In this document: one piece after another, positions 63,375 to 64,000 of the stretch
Position numbering within the stretch: the first letter of the stretch is position 1
Layout: each line of letters opens with the position of its first letter
Assembly: GCA_021740845.1 (NCBI GenBank)
Contig: JAIOYZ010000001.1
Location: 147,246-211,245, forward strand
Source: Bacteroidia bacterium
Lineage (GTDB): Bacteria; Bacteroidota; Bacteroidia; UKL13-3
Direction: 5' to 3'
Length of the DNA stretch: 64,000 nt
Translations under genes and position numbers: made by a program
The notes under the pieces: generated by a model
What the model saw: only the letters and a program-made list of their open reading frames with translations
Told to the model about the DNA's origin: nothing
Database searches by the model: none

Positions 63375-64000
63375 TTTTGAAGTTTATAGCCTCTTAGGAA
63401 TTCCACAATTTCCATTCGCTTCTTCGATTCCATTTGCACTTCCAACAATGAAATCCATCCATCCGAACATTTAATTTTTAAATAAGTTTTATGGTCACTT
63501 TGCCATGAACCTAACTCTGAAGAATTAGTAGAATCTTGCTCAAATTGTGCCCTAAAAACTTTCATGTTTTTATCTGCAAAAACCATAAATGCCGCAGGAT
63601 ATGGGTTCATACCACGAATAAGATTTATAATTTTTTCGCCATTTTGATTCCAATGAATTAGGCAATGTTCTTTAAAGATTTTGGGAGCAATTTTGGTTGA
63701 GTTTTCTCCTTGTGGTGTGCCTTGTGTTTTGCCTTGTTTTATTAAATTCAGCGAATCTACAATAACCTTCGCACCTAAATGCATCAATTCATCGTGAAGA
63801 ATACCTGCAGTTGTTTCTGGCGTAATTTCAATTTCTGCTTTTTGTAAAATATCACCCGTATCAATTTCGTGTTTTAGAAAGAAAGTACTTACACCAGATT
63901 TTGTTTCGCCATTAATTATTGCCCAATTAATAGGAGCAGCACCACGGTAATCTGGTAACAAAGACGCATGCAAATTAATGGTTCCCAAAGGTGGCATATT
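63371..64000 (-). CDS. fmt: Methionyl-tRNA formyltransferase, 5'-truncated by window edge
   Basis: INLHASLLP.YRGAAPINWAI, IDTG, APKI and RGM.PYP.A motifs. Confidence 0.96.
   Translation of the reverse strand, partial: NMPPLGTINLHASLLPDYRGAAPINWAIINGETKSGVSTFFLKHEIDTGDILQKAEIEITPETTAGILHDELMHLGAKVIVDSLNLIKQGKTQGTPQGENSTKIAPKIFKEHCLIHWNQNGEKIINLIRGMNPYPAAFMVFADKNMKVFRAQFEQDSTNSSELGSWQSDHKTYLKIKCSDGWISLLEVQMESKKRMEIVEFLRGYKLQK

Overview
AT-rich core-genome segment of a Bacteroidota chromosome, judged from T9SS C-terminal-domain proteins, TAnnTTTG promoters, SD-less genes apart from rpsU, and gene order. It carries a pyrC-like/glycosyltransferase operon, a 2885-aa T9SS-secreted GEVED + 4x(Ig/beta-helix) protein, rpsU-xerC-hpf, the tRNA(Thr,Tyr,Gly,Thr)-tuf-tRNA(Trp)-secE-nusG-rplKAJL-rpoBC cluster, selD, waaA, ugd/uxs, a KirBac channel, uvrB, cinA, a Lys/Ala-repeat histone-H1-like protein, mfd, a soluble TPR hybrid kinase, yggS, mutS2, a redox/stress cluster and fmt (truncated). 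I saw no prophage, IS or CRISPR. The most striking unexplained signal is a highly iterated quasi-palindrome GGTTYRAACC (extended consensus TTTGGTTCAAACCGAA). A manual scan found 18 exact copies plus many 1-mismatch copies, in both orientations, in different reading frames of unrelated genes and in tight intergenic spacers. This is how DNA-uptake sequences and HIP1 behave, and I do not know of such a motif described for Bacteroidota. Other points: an unannotated 48-aa lipoprotein, a rpsU-specific extended SD, head-to-head overlapping start codons (yggS/DUF4296) and a mosaic of short intergenic repeats. All counts and family calls were made by eye, without tools.
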